Translations under genes and position numbers: made by a program
DNA from: Dictyostelium discoideum
Taxonomy: Eukaryota
Direction: 5' to 3'
Length of the DNA: 64,000 nucleotides
Assembly: GCA_000004695.1 (NCBI GenBank)
Contig: CM000152.2
Location: 2,272,001-2,336,000 of the forward strand
The notes under the pieces: model-generated
Seen by the model: the letters and a program-made list of their open reading frames with translations, nothing else
What the model was told of the DNA's origin: nothing
Database searches by the model: none
Part shown: in pieces, positions 43,397-56,440 of the stretch
Numbering within the stretch: the first letter of the stretch is position 1
Layout of the letters: every line of letters starts with the position of its first letter

Positions 43397-44339
43397 TTAT
43401 ATATATATTGTTAATAAAAGTCGAAAACAATTCATTTTTTGTAATAAAAAATTTTAATTCAAAGTATTTCTGTTATAAAATAAATTACGATTATTTTTCA
43501 AAAAATGACAACAAATATGTCAAGTATGTTGTCAAATTATTATAATAACACTAACACTAAAAAAAAAAAAAAAAAAAATTAAAAAAAAATAAATAAAAGT
43601 AATAATAAAAAAAAAAAAAAAAAATTAAATATATAATTTGTTTAAAATTTAGTGTGGATGTGGGTAAAATAATTAACAAAATTTAAAATTTATATATTTA
43701 TATTTAAATTTAAAATGAAAAAAATAAAATAATAATTGATTCTTTAAAAAAATTAATTGCCATATCTGGATCAAAAATAATTTGATTAAGGATTTGTTTT
43801 TTTTTTTCATCTGTATTTTTATTTTATTTTTTACTTTCTTATTTATTATATCGTATCTAATTTACAAAGATTAATTTTTAAATTTGTCCAATGGAATTTT
43901 TATTTTTTTTTTTTTCAAATTAATTTTGTAATAATCAGTGCAATATTTAAGGATATTATCCTATATGAATATATATTTTAAAATATTATTTAAATATCAT
44001 GAACTATAAAATATTTTATTGTTTTTGAATTTTTATTTTATGGATGTTTTGAAATGTGACTACTGAATTATTAATATTATTATTTAAAAAAAAAAAAAAA
44101 ACTAATAAATAAATTTTTGAGAGAGTGATAAAAATGATTATATAATGGTTAGCGCGCACTATTATAATGGTTATAACTTTTTATTTTTTTTTTTTTTTAT
44201 AAAAAATTTTTTATTTTATTTTATTTTATATACATATAAAAATAAATATTTATTGTTCATAAAATAAAAAAGAAAAAGATTTTGTGGAAAAAAAATAAAA
44301 AAATAATAAAAATTATTATAATAATAAAAAATAATTAAA

Positions 44340-44847
44340 TTAGTTTGATTTTGATTTTGGTTTTGATCTTTCTTTATAAGTTCCTAATAATTTATCTAAA
44401 TAAGTGAATCTTGAACCATAGTTGCATGTAAACTCTTTATGATGATAATCATGGAAAGATGTACCACCATAGTATGGCATGAAATTGAATGGGAAAACAT
44501 CAATATCATAACCAGAGTGAGTTAAAACGGCATCTAATTGACGAACGACAAACCATGAATAAAAAGTGAGATAATGTGGTCTAATAATTAAAACTGGTGC
44601 GAATGTGGCAATACCTAAAAATACAACTTCAACTGGATGTGCATATGAAGCTGTAAATCCAAATGGTGCTGAATAGTAGTGATGTTCCTTATGAATATTT
44701 TTATAGAACCATGGAGTATGGAAAAATCTATGCATAAAATAATGGAAGAAATCTTCACCAATTAAACAAAGGAAAATATCAAATAAAAATTTCCAACTAT
44801 TATAATAATAATGATTATTTATGTTAATAATATATTTTTTAAATAAT

Positions 44848-44890
<43 letters not shown>

Positions 44891-45367
44891 CATACACTGA
44901 TGGTAATGGTAAATCATAACTCATTCCTAAAACTTTTGAAAATGGGAAAAATACAACACCCAATGGTAAAATAACGAAAATATAATTTAAAACTAAATTA
45001 TTAATACATCTTTTAATATCTTGAGATGATGGATATTTCTAAAATAATATTAGTGTATGTTAATATTTATTTTTTTTTTTATTTATTTATTTTTTAAATT
45101 ATTTTTTTTTTTTACACATACAGTAACTTGAAGTTTTAACTTTGGGAAAAGTTTATATTTGTCAAATAAATGGAAGACAATTGCACTAAGGGCATAAAGG
45201 ATAGCCATTGAGATATAAAAAATTAAGAATAAACCAAATTCACCATAACTTTGAAGAATCCATGACCAACCATATTCAATTGAATTGGTTGGTTGTGGGT
45301 CGAGTTGGTCAATGTTATAGTTTTTTTCTGATTTGAAAAAACTTAAAATATTTCCTAATTTCATCAT
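44340..45367 (-). CDS. Methylsterol monooxygenase (ERG25/SC4MOL-type; fatty-acid hydroxylase superfamily), 281 aa: join(45367..45122,45038..44896,44796..44340)
   Basis: Histidine boxes HRFFH, HKEHHYYSAP and HDYHHKEF..NYG, plus the AHP(V)E and HSGY motifs typical of ERG25 (established family consensus). Exon 1 ends ..KLQVT|GTATGT. Exon 2 runs from acceptor ttttag|AAATAT at 45039/45038 (KYPSSQDIKRCINNLVLNY...) to ..LPLPS GT|GTATGT (phase 2). Exon 3 starts at acceptor tataatag|T TGG at 44797/44796, giving (V)WKFLFDIFLCLIGEDFFHYFMHRFFH. Introns are 83 bp and 99 bp. Confidence 0.85.
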
Positions 45368-45849
45368 TTTTTATTAATTGTTATTTTATTTTTATGAAGT
45401 ATTTTTTTTTTTTTTTCCCGAATAATATAAAAAAAAAAAAAAAAAAACTCGAGTATAAAATAAACAAATTATTGAAGTAATAAATTAAATATGATGGTGA
45501 TGATTAACTTTTTTTAAAAAAAAAAAAAATACTAAAAAAAAAAAAAAGCTCTAAGCTGCAAAAAATTAAAATAAATAAAAAAGAAATTAAAAAAAAAATA
45601 AAAAAAAATAAAAATCAGAAAAAAAAAAAATAAAAAAAAAAAAAAGAATAAAAAAAATAAATAATTCGGTTTTTTTTTTAATGGTTTTTTATATGAATTA
45701 TTTAAGCCCTAGTCTCGCCTAACACGAATTTTGATTTTCAAAATATCACAAAACATTTTTTTTTAATTTTTTTTCTTTTTTTTTTTTAACAGCACTGTTT
45801 TTTTTTTTTTTTTTTTAGCGAGATTTCAAAATCCAATCAATTTTTTTTT

Positions 45850-45893
<44 letters not shown>

Positions 45894-45987
45894 CTAACCA
45901 TCGTCACCTTTATTATTAATAAAACAACTAATTTATAAATTTCAATCCAGCGAATTTATTATTCATCAAGTTGATTTATTACTAAAA

Positions 45988-47847
45988 ATGGAAAATAGTC
46001 ATTCTCAATGCATCTTTAAGAATGCAAAGGATTTTTTGACTGCCAACAATGCACTTATTTATCAAGTAGTTGTTGCAATCTTATCCATTGCTTTTTTATA
46101 TAAAATTCTTTTCAATAGAAAGAATATTACTAAAAGAGCAAAGAGAGATATTGGTATTTCACCAGCATCAAATGGTACCGGTCAAAAAATTGATTGTGTT
46201 AATCCAGCAACTGGAAAATCAATGGGTATTGTAAATTCATTAAAACCAGATGAAGTTAAAACTTGTTTAGAAGCTGCTCAAAAAGCTCAAGTTGAATGGG
46301 GTCAAACAACTTTTGATGAAAGAAGACAAATCTTACAAGATTTCATTGATATGTTTATTAAACATGAAAATGAATTAGTTGAAGCATCAATGAGAGATAC
46401 TGGTAAAACAAGTAAGTTTAAATTTTATATATATTTTATTTTTTTTTTTTTAAAAAAAAGATTATCGTTTATTAATAAATTTTTTTTTTTTTCTTAAAAA
46501 GGATTTGAAGCAATGTTTGGTGAAATTTTAACAAGTTGTGAAAAATTAAGATATTTAATTCAAAATGGTGAAAAAGCATTAAAAACTGAAGATAGAATTG
46601 TACCAATGTTAATGGGTACAAAATCAGCAAGATTAGAATATCATCCATTAGGTGTAATTGGTATTATTATTCCATGGAATTATCCAATTCATAGTATTAT
46701 TTCAGCAGCAGCAGCAGCAATTTTTGCAGGTAATGCAGCATTGGTAAAGGTATCAGAATGGTCAACTCATTCAAAGATTCTTTTTGAACATCTTTTAAGA
46801 AAAGTTTTATCCAATAGAGGTTATGATCCAAATTTGATTCAAATTCTTCCAGGTATGGGTGAAACTGGTGAAGCATTAGTTCGTAGTGGTGTCGATAAGA
46901 TTTTATTCATTGGTTCACCAGGTACTGGTAAACGTGTTATGAAAGCTGCAAGTGATAGTCTCACTCCAGTTATTTTAGAACTCGGTGGTAAAGATCCAAT
47001 GATTGTTTTCGATGATGTTGAATTGGATTGGGCATTAGCAATTGTACAAAGAGGTTGTTTCATTAATTTAGGTCAAAATTGTATTTCATCAGAGAGAGTA
47101 TTTGTTCATGAGAAGATCTATGATCAATTCTGTAAACAAATGGCTGATAAAATCAATTCTCTCAAACAAGGTCCACCAGAAGAAGGTCATTTCGATTTTG
47201 GTTCAATGACTATGCCAGCACAGGTTGATAAGGTTGAACATCTCGTTGGCACCGCCATCAAAGAGGGTGCCACATTATTAGCTGGTGGTAAAAGAAATCC
47301 AGCTTATCCAAAGGGTAACTATTTCCTTCCAACCGTTTTAGCAAATGTCACTGAAAATATGACAATTTTCCAAGAGGAAGCTTTTGGTCCAGTTTGTAGT
47401 ATCATTAAATTCTCTGATGAACACGATCTCATTCGTAAGGCCAATGGCACTGCTTTTGGTTTAGGTTGTTCAATCCTCAGTAGTGACATTAAAAGAGCTG
47501 AACGTATAGGTAGCAAAATCTCAACTGGTATGTTAACTATCAATGATTATGGTGCATCTTATTTAATTCAAGATCTTCCATTTGGTGGTTGTAAAGAATC
47601 TGGTTTCGGTCGTTTCAATGGTCCAGAAGGTCTTAGAGGTTTCTCACGTGAAGTTTCTATCCTCACTGATCGTTTTGGTATTAAAACTCCAGTTCCACGT
47701 CTTATTCGTTATCCAATTGATCCAGCTTCAGTTGGTATCATTCGTCAAGCTATCTATATGATTTATCAAAGAGGTATTGTCAATAAATTAAGAGCTGCTT
47801 TAAATTTTACTTCTCAAGTTATTAAAAATCCAAAATTATTATTATAA
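45988..47847 (+). CDS. Aldehyde dehydrogenase family protein with N-terminal membrane anchor, 589 aa: join(45988..46411,46502..47847)
   Basis: Exon 1 (ATG 45988) has a TM helix LIYQVVVAILSIAFLYKILF and ends ..MRDTGKT A|GTAAGT (46412-46417). Acceptor cttaaaaag|GA at 46501/46502 (phase 1) gives (R)FEAMFGEILTSCEKLRYL.. ALDH signatures are present: IIPWNYP, ELGGKDP, catalytic Cys in LGQNCISSERVFVHE, and the C-terminal EAFGPV / FGGCKESGFGRFNG. Confidence 0.85.
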
Positions 47848-47867
47848 GAAATTTTAAATAAAATACT

Positions 47868-47899
<32 letters not shown>

Positions 47900-48141
47900 T
47901 TAAAAAAAATAATAAATACAAATATGTAATATTATATTAATATTTCAATTTTATTATTTTATTATTTTTTTAGTTTTTTTTTAATTATTAAAAATATAAT
48001 AATTATTATTAAGTATCTATTTTTATGTTTTAAGTAATTATAATTAAAAATTAAATTTGCGTGTCATATTTTTTTTATTTTTTTTATTATTTTATTTTTT
48101 TTTGGTTTTGTAATAATGATTAGATCTTGAAAAAGTTAAAC

Positions 48142-48172
<31 letters not shown>

Positions 48173-48204
48173 TGAAATGATGATTAGCAAGATTGTGTAT
48201 TTGA

Positions 48205-48236
<32 letters not shown>

Positions 48237-48737
48237 AAAAATATAAAAAAAAAAGGTTTATAAAGGGGTATGTGGGGGTTGTTGATTTTTTTTTATCAAA
48301 ACTACCTTTATCTTTTTTTTTTTTTTTTTTTTTTAAGTTATCTTATTAAATCTAACTTTATCTGTCCAATTTTTAAAATTTTTTTTTTTAAAAAAAAAAC
48401 AAGAATTTATAAATCTGTCAAACGGATGATGGATGGATATTTTATATTTGTATTCTGTATTTACATTGTTAATTTTTATAATGTTTTTTTTTTTTTTATT
48501 AATTTTTTTTAAAAAAAAAAAAAAATATAAATAATAAAAGAAATTATTTTTTATTTTCATTATTAATCTTCTTTTAATAGTTATCAACAAACAAAAAAAA
48601 AAAAGTATTTAAAATACTTGAGTATATAATTTCAATATTATTATCTCAAAAAATTTAATAAAAATATATATTAATTTTTTATTTTTTTTTTCAATTATTT
48701 ATTTTTTTATTATAGAATTTAAATTTTTTACAAAAAA

Positions 48738-49070
48738 ATGGCAGCATTAGAAAATTTTTTAATTTTAAGAGATGGAATTAACCAATCAAAATTTATGGAA
48801 ATGTTTGAAAAATTTTTTCATGAAAATGTTGTAATGATCCAAAATGGAGCCATCATAGAGGGAAAAGCCAAAAATAGAGAAATCCAAGAAAACTTTATTA
48901 AAAACTCTGTTATTCATGAAATTAAAATTGTTTCATTTGAAGAAAGGGGAGACACTATTGTTTATCAAATGGTAATGAATTTTGAAATTGGTGGTCATGT
49001 AATTAACAAAAACCAAGAGGTTCATCAAACTTGGGAATATGATAAAGTTATTAGAGAATTATATGTTTAG
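48738..49070 (+). CDS. Small hypothetical protein (110 aa), possibly NTF2/SnoaL-like fold
   Basis: ATG in an A-rich context. The ORF has normal composition and sits in an otherwise AT-extreme region. No recognised motif; the fold guess is weak. Confidence 0.5.
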   Translation: MAALENFLILRDGINQSKFMEMFEKFFHENVVMIQNGAIIEGKAKNREIQENFIKNSVIHEIKIVSFEERGDTIVYQMVMNFEIGGHVINKNQEVHQTWEYDKVIRELYV

Positions 49071-49488
49071 AAAAAAGTAAAAAAGAAAAAAAAAGTAAAA
49101 ATTAATAATTTTATATAAAATTAAATAAAAATATCATTTGAATTTATTTTTAAATGATTTAATAATTAAATAAAAAAAAAAAAAAAAAAAAAAAAAAAAT
49201 AAAAATAATCTTTAAGAAAGCTAAAAAAAACATTGATAATTTTTTTTTTTTTATGGATCCTATTCTTATTAATATCCAAAAAAACAAAAAAACGTTTAAA
49301 AAAAAAAAAAAAAAAAAAAAAATAAAAATAAACAAAAAATAAGGATAAAAATAACTTTTTTTTATGGGGGTTACAATTAATTTTTAATAGGGGGTTGGAA
49401 AAAATAAAAATAAAAATAAAAATAAAAATAAAAATAAAAATATAAAATATTAATAATTTAATTTTTTAAAAAAGATATACGTGGATAA

Positions 49489-49758
49489 TTAAATTTTTAT
49501 TAAACACAAAACATTCTTTTTCATTGTTTTTGAAATCGATATAATTTTTTTTTCACTTAAAAAGCTTTTTTTCTTTAATTTAAAATTTGATTTGCCAATA
49601 TTATTATTTAAGGTTTTCTTAACTTTTGGAATTTTGATTTTACCCTCTCTTTCTAATTTTCCTAAATGATTTCTAATATTTTCAATTGGACAATTATTTA
49701 TATTATTATTATTATTATTTATTTGGTCATTATTTATTTGGTTATTATTATTAATTTG

Positions 49759-49830
<72 letters not shown>

Positions 49831-50121
49831 TTCATTTTTAATATTTTCATTTTGTGGTAGAGGATTTAAAGATGGATTAAAGGTCGAACATGGAATATTA
49901 GAAGGACGGAAAATAAATTCGGAACTATATCTTATATTGGCATTATGATAAAAATTTAATTCTTGATCATCGAGAGAATCATCGTCATCAACACCTTCAA
50001 ATTCAAAAACCAATGGCTGGGTCGATAGAAATTGTCTTTGTTCGAGGAGATGACTAGTTGTATTTAAGCATGTTGGATGAATTAATGATATAGTTTCAAA
50101 TTCTGGTAATAAACTTTCCAT
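49489..50121 (-). CDS. Small Asn-rich protein of the 'MESLLP(E/Q)F.TISLIHP' family, divergent paralog, 210 aa
   Basis: ATG 50121-50119. The N-terminus MESLLPEFETISLIHP..SHLLEQRQFLSTQPLVFEFEGVDDDDS..QELNFY and the C-terminus NIRNHLGKLEREGKIKIPK are collinear with the three tandem copies at 53.5-57.9 kb. A central (AAT)n tract is present. Confidence 0.6.
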
Positions 50122-50226
50122 TTTTTTTTTTTTTTTTTTTTTTTTAATTAACTAATTTTTTTAAAATAAAATGAAAACTGTTTTTTTTTTTTTTGGAAAA
50201 AAAATAATAATTATTTTAATATGTGA

Positions 50227-50261
<35 letters not shown>

Positions 50262-50279
50262 CTTTTAGAAAAAAAAAAT

Positions 50280-50314
<35 letters not shown>

Positions 50315-50662
50315 CCTTTTTATTTTATATATGTTACCTTAATTTTTTTTTTTTTTTTTTTATTTTTATATAAATAACTGTTTATGGTGGTTAGAAATTT
50401 TTTTTTTTGTTTTCTTTTATTTTGATTTTTATATTATCGTGATGGTGAGGATGAAATAAAAAGAAATGAAAAAAAAAAAAAAAAAAAACAAAAAAAACAA
50501 AACAAAAATAAACAACACAAAAAAAAAAAAATAATAATAATAAATATATAAAAAATAAAAAAAATAAAAATAAAATAAAAAATTTAAAAATAAAAAAAAA
50601 AAAAAAAAAAAAAAAACAATTTAAATATGTAAAAATAAAATTTAATTAAATCTCGACATTAC

Positions 50663-50770
50663 GATCACCATGGGTGATAATTAATTGTATCCGAATAATA
50701 ATGTGGGTGTATAAATTATAATAGTATTAATAATAATAGTGCGTGGTGTGGGTGTGAATGTGTGTTGAAT
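50663..50770. promoter_or_regulatory. Inverted repeat ATCACC-ATG-GGTGAT, then a GT-rich G-box-like cluster (gtgggtgt, gtgcgtggtgtgggtgtgaatgtgtgttg), about 550-650 bp upstream of the divergent MESLL paralog
   Basis: Seen in sequence. The GGGTGATAAT core recurs at 54888 and 56830 inside tandem units A and B. Confidence 0.3.
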
Positions 50771-51649
50771 AATATCCAAAATGATTGGCTTAATAAATTA
50801 TCTTTTTTATTATTACTATTTTTATTTTATTTTATTTTATTATTAATTTAATTTTTATTTTTATTATTTTTAATAGTTATTGTATTGTTGATGGAAAATG
50901 GTGGTGTTGGATTATAATTTAAAATAACTATTTCTACAACAACAACAACAACAACAACAACAAAAAAAAAAAAAAAAAAAAATACAATAAAAAAAAAAAA
51001 AAAATCAAAAATAACAACAACACATATTTTTTTTTAAATCTAATAAAAAAAAACTTTTTGAAATTTATATTTTTTTTAATCTTTTTGGCGAGAGATTTGT
51101 ATTTGAAAATTATTTTCCACCAAATGAGATTCAAATCAACTCCCCCCACCACTACAACCACACATGAAAATTAAAAAAAAAAAAAAAAAAAAATTTAATT
51201 AGGGGGGTCTGTTAACTAAATTACATATATATATATACATTTTTCATATGTAAATGATCTTAGGGTAAAATTAAAAGTAATAATATACTTTTTTATGTAA
51301 TTAAAATGAGTGTGAAAGTGGGTTGTTTTGTAAACTTGTTTTTTTTTTTTTTTTTACTTGTTATTGTAACATTTTGGTGATCTAAAAATATAAATGAATT
51401 TTTAAAATTAAATATCATACCATTAACTATATATTTTTTTAAATAAGTGGGTGAATTTGAATGTTGGTGAGTGTGTGTGAGAGTGGGTTATTATGTATTA
51501 AACTTGTTTAGAGAAAAAAAAAAAAAAAAATAAAAAAAAAAAAAGGTGGTTGTGTGTGTAAATGGTGTGGGGAAATTAAATTAAAAAATGGCTTGAAATA
51601 GAAAAAGTATAGAGTTATTCTATATACATTTGTGTAAAAATTTATTTCC

Positions 51650-51688
<39 letters not shown>

Positions 51689-52465
51689 TGCCAATGAGAA
51701 CTTTTATTTTAAAATTTTTATCTTATATTAAATTAATACTAATATTAGATCTAAAAAAATTGGTATTTTAAGGGAATAAAAAAAAAAAAAAAAAACTGTT
51801 TTAATAAAGTCATATCATATAAATTTCCAAATTACTCTACTTTAATTTTATTTTTTTTATTTTTTAAAAATTTTAATTTGTTAGGTAACAATAAATATTT
51901 CATTTATTTGAAAAATTAATTCATAAAATAGACTTGAAATCAAAAAAACGTCAAAAAAGATAATAGTGATTTTTTTTTTTTATTTTTAGATTTTATTATT
52001 TGCCAATTGTAAATGGTGTGGGGGAAAAAATGTTTTTCATTATTTTTTATTTTATTTTTTCCACTTTTAAAAAAACAGTAAAGTTTATTTGTAGCGACAA
52101 TTTTAAAAAAAAAAAAAACAAAACAAAATTTTATAAAATAATAGTTTTTGAATTAAGATTTTAAAACATGTCTCCATTTGATCGAAATTTTTATATAAAT
52201 TAATAAAATTTAATTTTAGATCAATTAAAAATAGTAAAAATGAAAGATAAAAAACTTTTTTAAAAAAAAAATAAATAAAAAATAATAATGATACATAAAC
52301 CTCATATAATTCAATGGTGTTGATGATGATATAAATTAATGTCAATACAATAAAAACTTTGGGAATAGGGAGTATTTCATAAACCTCTTAATTTTTGAAA
52401 AATAATTAGAAAAAAAAAAAAAAAAAATTTATAAATTAGTTTTGTGTGTACGTGTCTGTGTATGG

Positions 52466-52503
<38 letters not shown>

Positions 52504-53509
52504 AAGATGATATTGTTATTATTGATTGTAAATTAAGGTTGGATGATTTAAAATTTTTATTAAACTCCAATTACTACATTTGATAATCTATTATTAATAA
52601 TATTTATGAGAAATAATCACATTTAATCTATTGAAATCTTGATAATTCTTTTTCTTTTTACTACCAAAAAAAACAACCACATCTTTTATTCATTTTTTTT
52701 TTTTTTTATACAAAAATAGGTTTTATCTTCCTCAAATCATTTATTTCTCAACTCTCATGACATTAGATTTTATTTTTTATAGATTAAAATTAAACCAATA
52801 ATAATAAACTTCCTTTTTTATATTTTTATTAAATCATGAATGTTTTTTATTTTTTTTAAAAAATGTTTTTATTGTTAATTTAAAATTTGTATTGTATAAA
52901 TATGTACAAATGGGTGTGTTATCTATTATTCCTAATAAAGTATTGTTAAATTTGTAATTCAATAATTGGGTAACACAAAACAAAGTTTCTAATATTGAAA
53001 AAACCATACCCCAAAAAAAAGTATTTAAATTAAACTTATGGGGGCAGTGTTTATTTCATTCTTAACTAATTTTTTATCTAATTATTATTTTATTAATAAA
53101 AAAAAAAAAAACACCAATTCAAAATTTGTCGTTATTTCATTTCCATAAAAAGGTGTTTTATTGTTAATTTTTTTTTTTTTTTTATTTTTTAAAAAAAATA
53201 AAAAATAAATCACAAATAAATAAAAAATAGAAAATTAAAAAAAAAAAAAATAAAAAAAAAATTAAAATAAAAAAATTAAAATAAAAAAATTTCCCTAAAA
53301 AAGTTAAAATTAATTTGTTTATTTTTTTAATTTTTTTTGTTTTTTTTTTTTTTTTTTTTTATCTGAAAAAAAAAAATCAAAATAATTTCAAGGAAAACAC
53401 TGGGGGTAGTTAATTGAAAAAAAAAAAAAAAAAAAAAATATGAACAATCTTTTGTTCATATTTTTTTTTTTTGAGAATATTTTATATTAAAAAAAAGAAA
53501 TAACTTTAT

Positions 53510-53742
53510 TTATTTTATTAAGCAATGAAACATATTTTTTTTCATTGTATTTGAAATTGAAATGAACTTTTTATCCCTTATAAAACTATTTTTTTTAATT
53601 TGAAAACCAGATTGATGGCTTTTATGAGAATTTAAACTTTTAGGAATTTTAATATGACCCTCTTTTTCTAAATTCTTTAAATGATTTGTAATATTTTCAA
53701 TTTGGTAATAATTATTTATATTATTGGTTTCATTTGAAATTA

Positions 53743-53821
<79 letters not shown>

Positions 53822-54037
53822 TTGTTTTAATGTTTGATCTGGTTTAAAATTATTATTATAAAAATTTAATTCTTGATCGAGAGTATCATCGGATTCGTCA
53901 TCATCCCAAACACCTTCAAATTCAATTACTAATGGTTGAGTTGATAGAAATTTTCTTTGTTCAAGGAGATGACTAGTTGCAGAACTCATTGGATGAATTA
54001 ATGATATTGTATTAAATTGTGGTAATAAACTTTCCAT
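53510..54037 (-). CDS. Small Asn-rich 'MESLLPQFNTISLIHPMSSATSHLLEQR..' family protein, tandem copy A, 175 aa
   Basis: ATG 54037. About 90% identical at nucleotide level to copies B and C outside the poly-N tract. Acidic block VWDDDESDDTLDQELNFY. C-terminus HLKNLEKEGHIKIPKSLN.HKSHQSGFQIKKNSFIRDKK.ISISNTMK. Confidence 0.65.
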
Positions 54038-54069
54038 ATTTTTATTATTAATTTTATTATTACTATTAT

Positions 54070-54110
<41 letters not shown>

Positions 54111-54342
54111 TAATTACTATGATACTATTTTTTTTTTTTTTTTTTTAAAAATTTTTTTTTTTTTTTCTTGCTTGTCTTATTATTTTTTATTTTTATTTTT
54201 TTTTTATACAAATAAAATAAGATTTGATTTGTTTTGTTTTTTTAAAAAAATGAAATTAAAAAAAAAAAAAAAAAAAAGAAAAGGAAAAAAAAAAAAGGGT
54301 AATAATGTAAAAAATTAAAATAAAAGTTTTTTTTTTTTTTTC

Positions 54343-54410
54343 ACACCGTCAGGTGAAATGAATTTATTTAAGAATTTCGCCAACAAAGATCTTTTTAGAT
54401 TGTTGTGATT
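54343..54410. promoter_or_regulatory. Conserved upstream module (copy A) with perfect 10-bp palindrome AAAGATCTTT (54385-54394), about 310-370 bp 5' of the gene ATG at 54037
   Basis: ..gtcaggtgaaatgaatttatttaagaatttcgccaacAAAGATCTTTttagattgtt.. The same block is at 56365-56440 (palindrome 56410-56419) and 58160-58230 (palindrome 58201-58210). Confidence 0.5.
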
Positions 54411-54695
54411 ATTTTGCGAATTAAAAAAAAGTTTTTTTTATTTTTTATTTTAATTTTATTTTTTTTTTATTTTAATTTTTTTTTTTTTTTTTTTTTTTAT
54501 AAAAATTTGCACATATGCATCGACGGGTAAGGTGCTCTAAATCAAATTTTTTTAATTTTATTTTTTTTATTTTTTAATTTTATTTTTTTATTTTTTTTTT
54601 TTTTTTTGTTTATTTATTTTTATTTGAATAATTTAAATGGATTGAACCATTTTAAATTTCTTTTGGATTGAACCATTTTTTTTATTTTTTTTTTA

Positions 54696-54726
<31 letters not shown>

Positions 54727-54848
54727 AATAACTCTATTTTATTATATTTTAAATTTTATATTAAAATTATTTTTAAAATAATAAAGAATATGATCTAATT
54801 CACTGTCTAATCGTCTCTAAAAAATTCAAACGTTAATGGGCGAAAGAC

Positions 54849-54881
<33 letters not shown>

Positions 54882-54989
54882 GTGTTGGGTGATAATATCT
54901 TTAAAGTAAGTATAAATTAAATATCATTGGCGGGTGTTTTTTTTTTTTTTTTTTTGAAAAAACTATATATTTGAAAATTTCAATCTGAT

Positions 54990-55133
54990 TAATCTCAAAC
55001 AACCAATATTGCTGTTAATAAATTAATGTGAAAAGTTCGCCCCCCTTTTGCCATCGTTAGTTACAAACTCCATCAAAACTAAAAAGCTTGACAATCGGAG
55101 GATCTGACAAAGATACACAAACATATGTTTATG
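54990..55133. other. Conserved about 140-bp non-coding element (copy 1 of 2) inside the tandem unit
   Basis: ctgttaataaattaatgtgaaaagttcgccccccttttgccatcgttagttacaaactccatcaaaactaaaaagcttga...ggatctga.aaaga.acacaaa.atatgtttat recurs at 56925-57068 with only a few substitutions. It is GC-richer than its surroundings and has no ORF. Confidence 0.5.
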
Positions 55134-55561
55134 AAAAAAAAAAAAAATAAAATAAAAAAAATAATAATAGCAAAATAAAACAATAATAATAATAATTATA
55201 ATAATTGGCCAAAAAAAAATAAAATAAAATAAAATAAAAATAAAAATAAAAATAAATTGCAAACCCTTTTTTTTAATCCCAAAATAAAAAAAAAAAAAAC
55301 GTGTCCAAAATTTGCAAATTTTACATTTTTTTTATTTTTTTATTTTTTTGTTTTTTTTATTTTTTTGTTTTTTTTGGGCCAAAAAAATCTAAATTTCGAA
55401 ATAATTTTTCGAGGAAGATGGTGAGTGGTCAATCCAAAAATTTTTTTTTTACAAAAAAAAAAAAAATATTAAAAAAAGATACCCACACAAAAAAAAAATA
55501 TAAAAACAGTATGGGGTGATTAAAATAATTAAAAAAAAAAGAAAAAAAGAAATAATTTTAT

Positions 55562-55791
55562 TTATTTTATAAAGCAATGAAATATATTATTTTTCATTGT
55601 ATTTGAAATTGAAATTAATTTTTTATCCCTTATAAAACTATTTTTTTTAATTTGAAATCCAGATTGATGGCTTTTACGAAAATTTAAACTTTTAGGAATT
55701 TTAACATGACCTTCTTTTTCTAATTTTTTTAAATGTTTTTTAATATTTTCAATTTGATAATTATTTATATTATTGGTTTCATTTGAAATTA

Positions 55792-55873
<82 letters not shown>

Positions 55874-56077
55874 TTGAATTTGTTTAAAATTATTATTATA
55901 AAAATTTAATTCTTGATCTAAAGTATCATCGGATTCGTCATCATCCCAAACACCTTCAAATTCGATTACTAGTGGCTGGGTTGATAGAAATTGTCTTTGT
56001 TCAAGGAGATGACTAGTTGCAGAACTCATTGGATGAATTAATGATATTGTATTAAATTGTGGTAATAAACTTTCCAT
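55562..56077 (-). CDS. Same family, tandem copy B, 171 aa
   Basis: ATG 56077. See copy A. The copies differ mainly in poly-N length. Confidence 0.65.
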
Positions 56078-56364
56078 TTTTTTTTTTTTTATTATCGTTA
56101 TAGTTTTTTTTTTTTTTTTTATTTATATTTAATTTATTTTAATATATTTATATTTATTTTATTTTTTAATAGGAAAATATTTTTATATTTAAATTTTTAT
56201 TATTATTATTTTATAACAAATGAAATATTTTTTGATTTGTTTTTTTTTAAAAAAAATGAAGAAAAAAAAAAAAAAAAAAAAGAAAAGAAAAAAAGAAAAA
56301 AAAAAAAAAAAGGGTAATAATGTAAAAATAAATTAAATTTAAATAAATTTTTTTTTTTTTTTTA

Positions 56365-56440
56365 AACCGGGTCAGTGACTAAATGAATTTATTAAAGAAT
56401 TTCGTCAACAAAGATCTTTTTGGATTGTTTGTGATTATTT
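56365..56440. promoter_or_regulatory. Conserved upstream module (copy B) with AAAGATCTTT palindrome
   Basis: gggtcagtgactaaatgaatttattaaagaatttcgtcaacAAAGATCTTTttggattgtt; about 290-360 bp 5' of the ATG at 56077 (minus-strand gene). Confidence 0.5.

Noticed and set aside
54357-54407. 16-codon micro-ORF MNLFKNFANKDLFRLL inside the conserved upstream module
   Set aside because: The reading frame is not conserved: copy B reads through to a long poly-F product, and copy C has a stop at codon 4. Conservation is at the DNA level, so it is interpreted as a cis-element.
55420-55428. ATG immediately followed by GTGAGT (start codon + splice donor) suggesting a plus-strand gene start
   Set aside because: The paralogous position in the next repeat (57300) reads AAG GTGAGT, so the ATG is not conserved. 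No downstream exon is identifiable. The donor-like motif is retained only as part of the conserved non-coding element finding.
55483-55495. DUSE-like motif (tACCCACAcaaa) that could mark a Pol III/ncRNA promoter
   Set aside because: It does not match the (A/T)CCCA(C/T)AA consensus exactly as I recall it. No GC-rich RNA-like segment about 60 nt downstream. The second repeat copy has atgcacacaaa instead.
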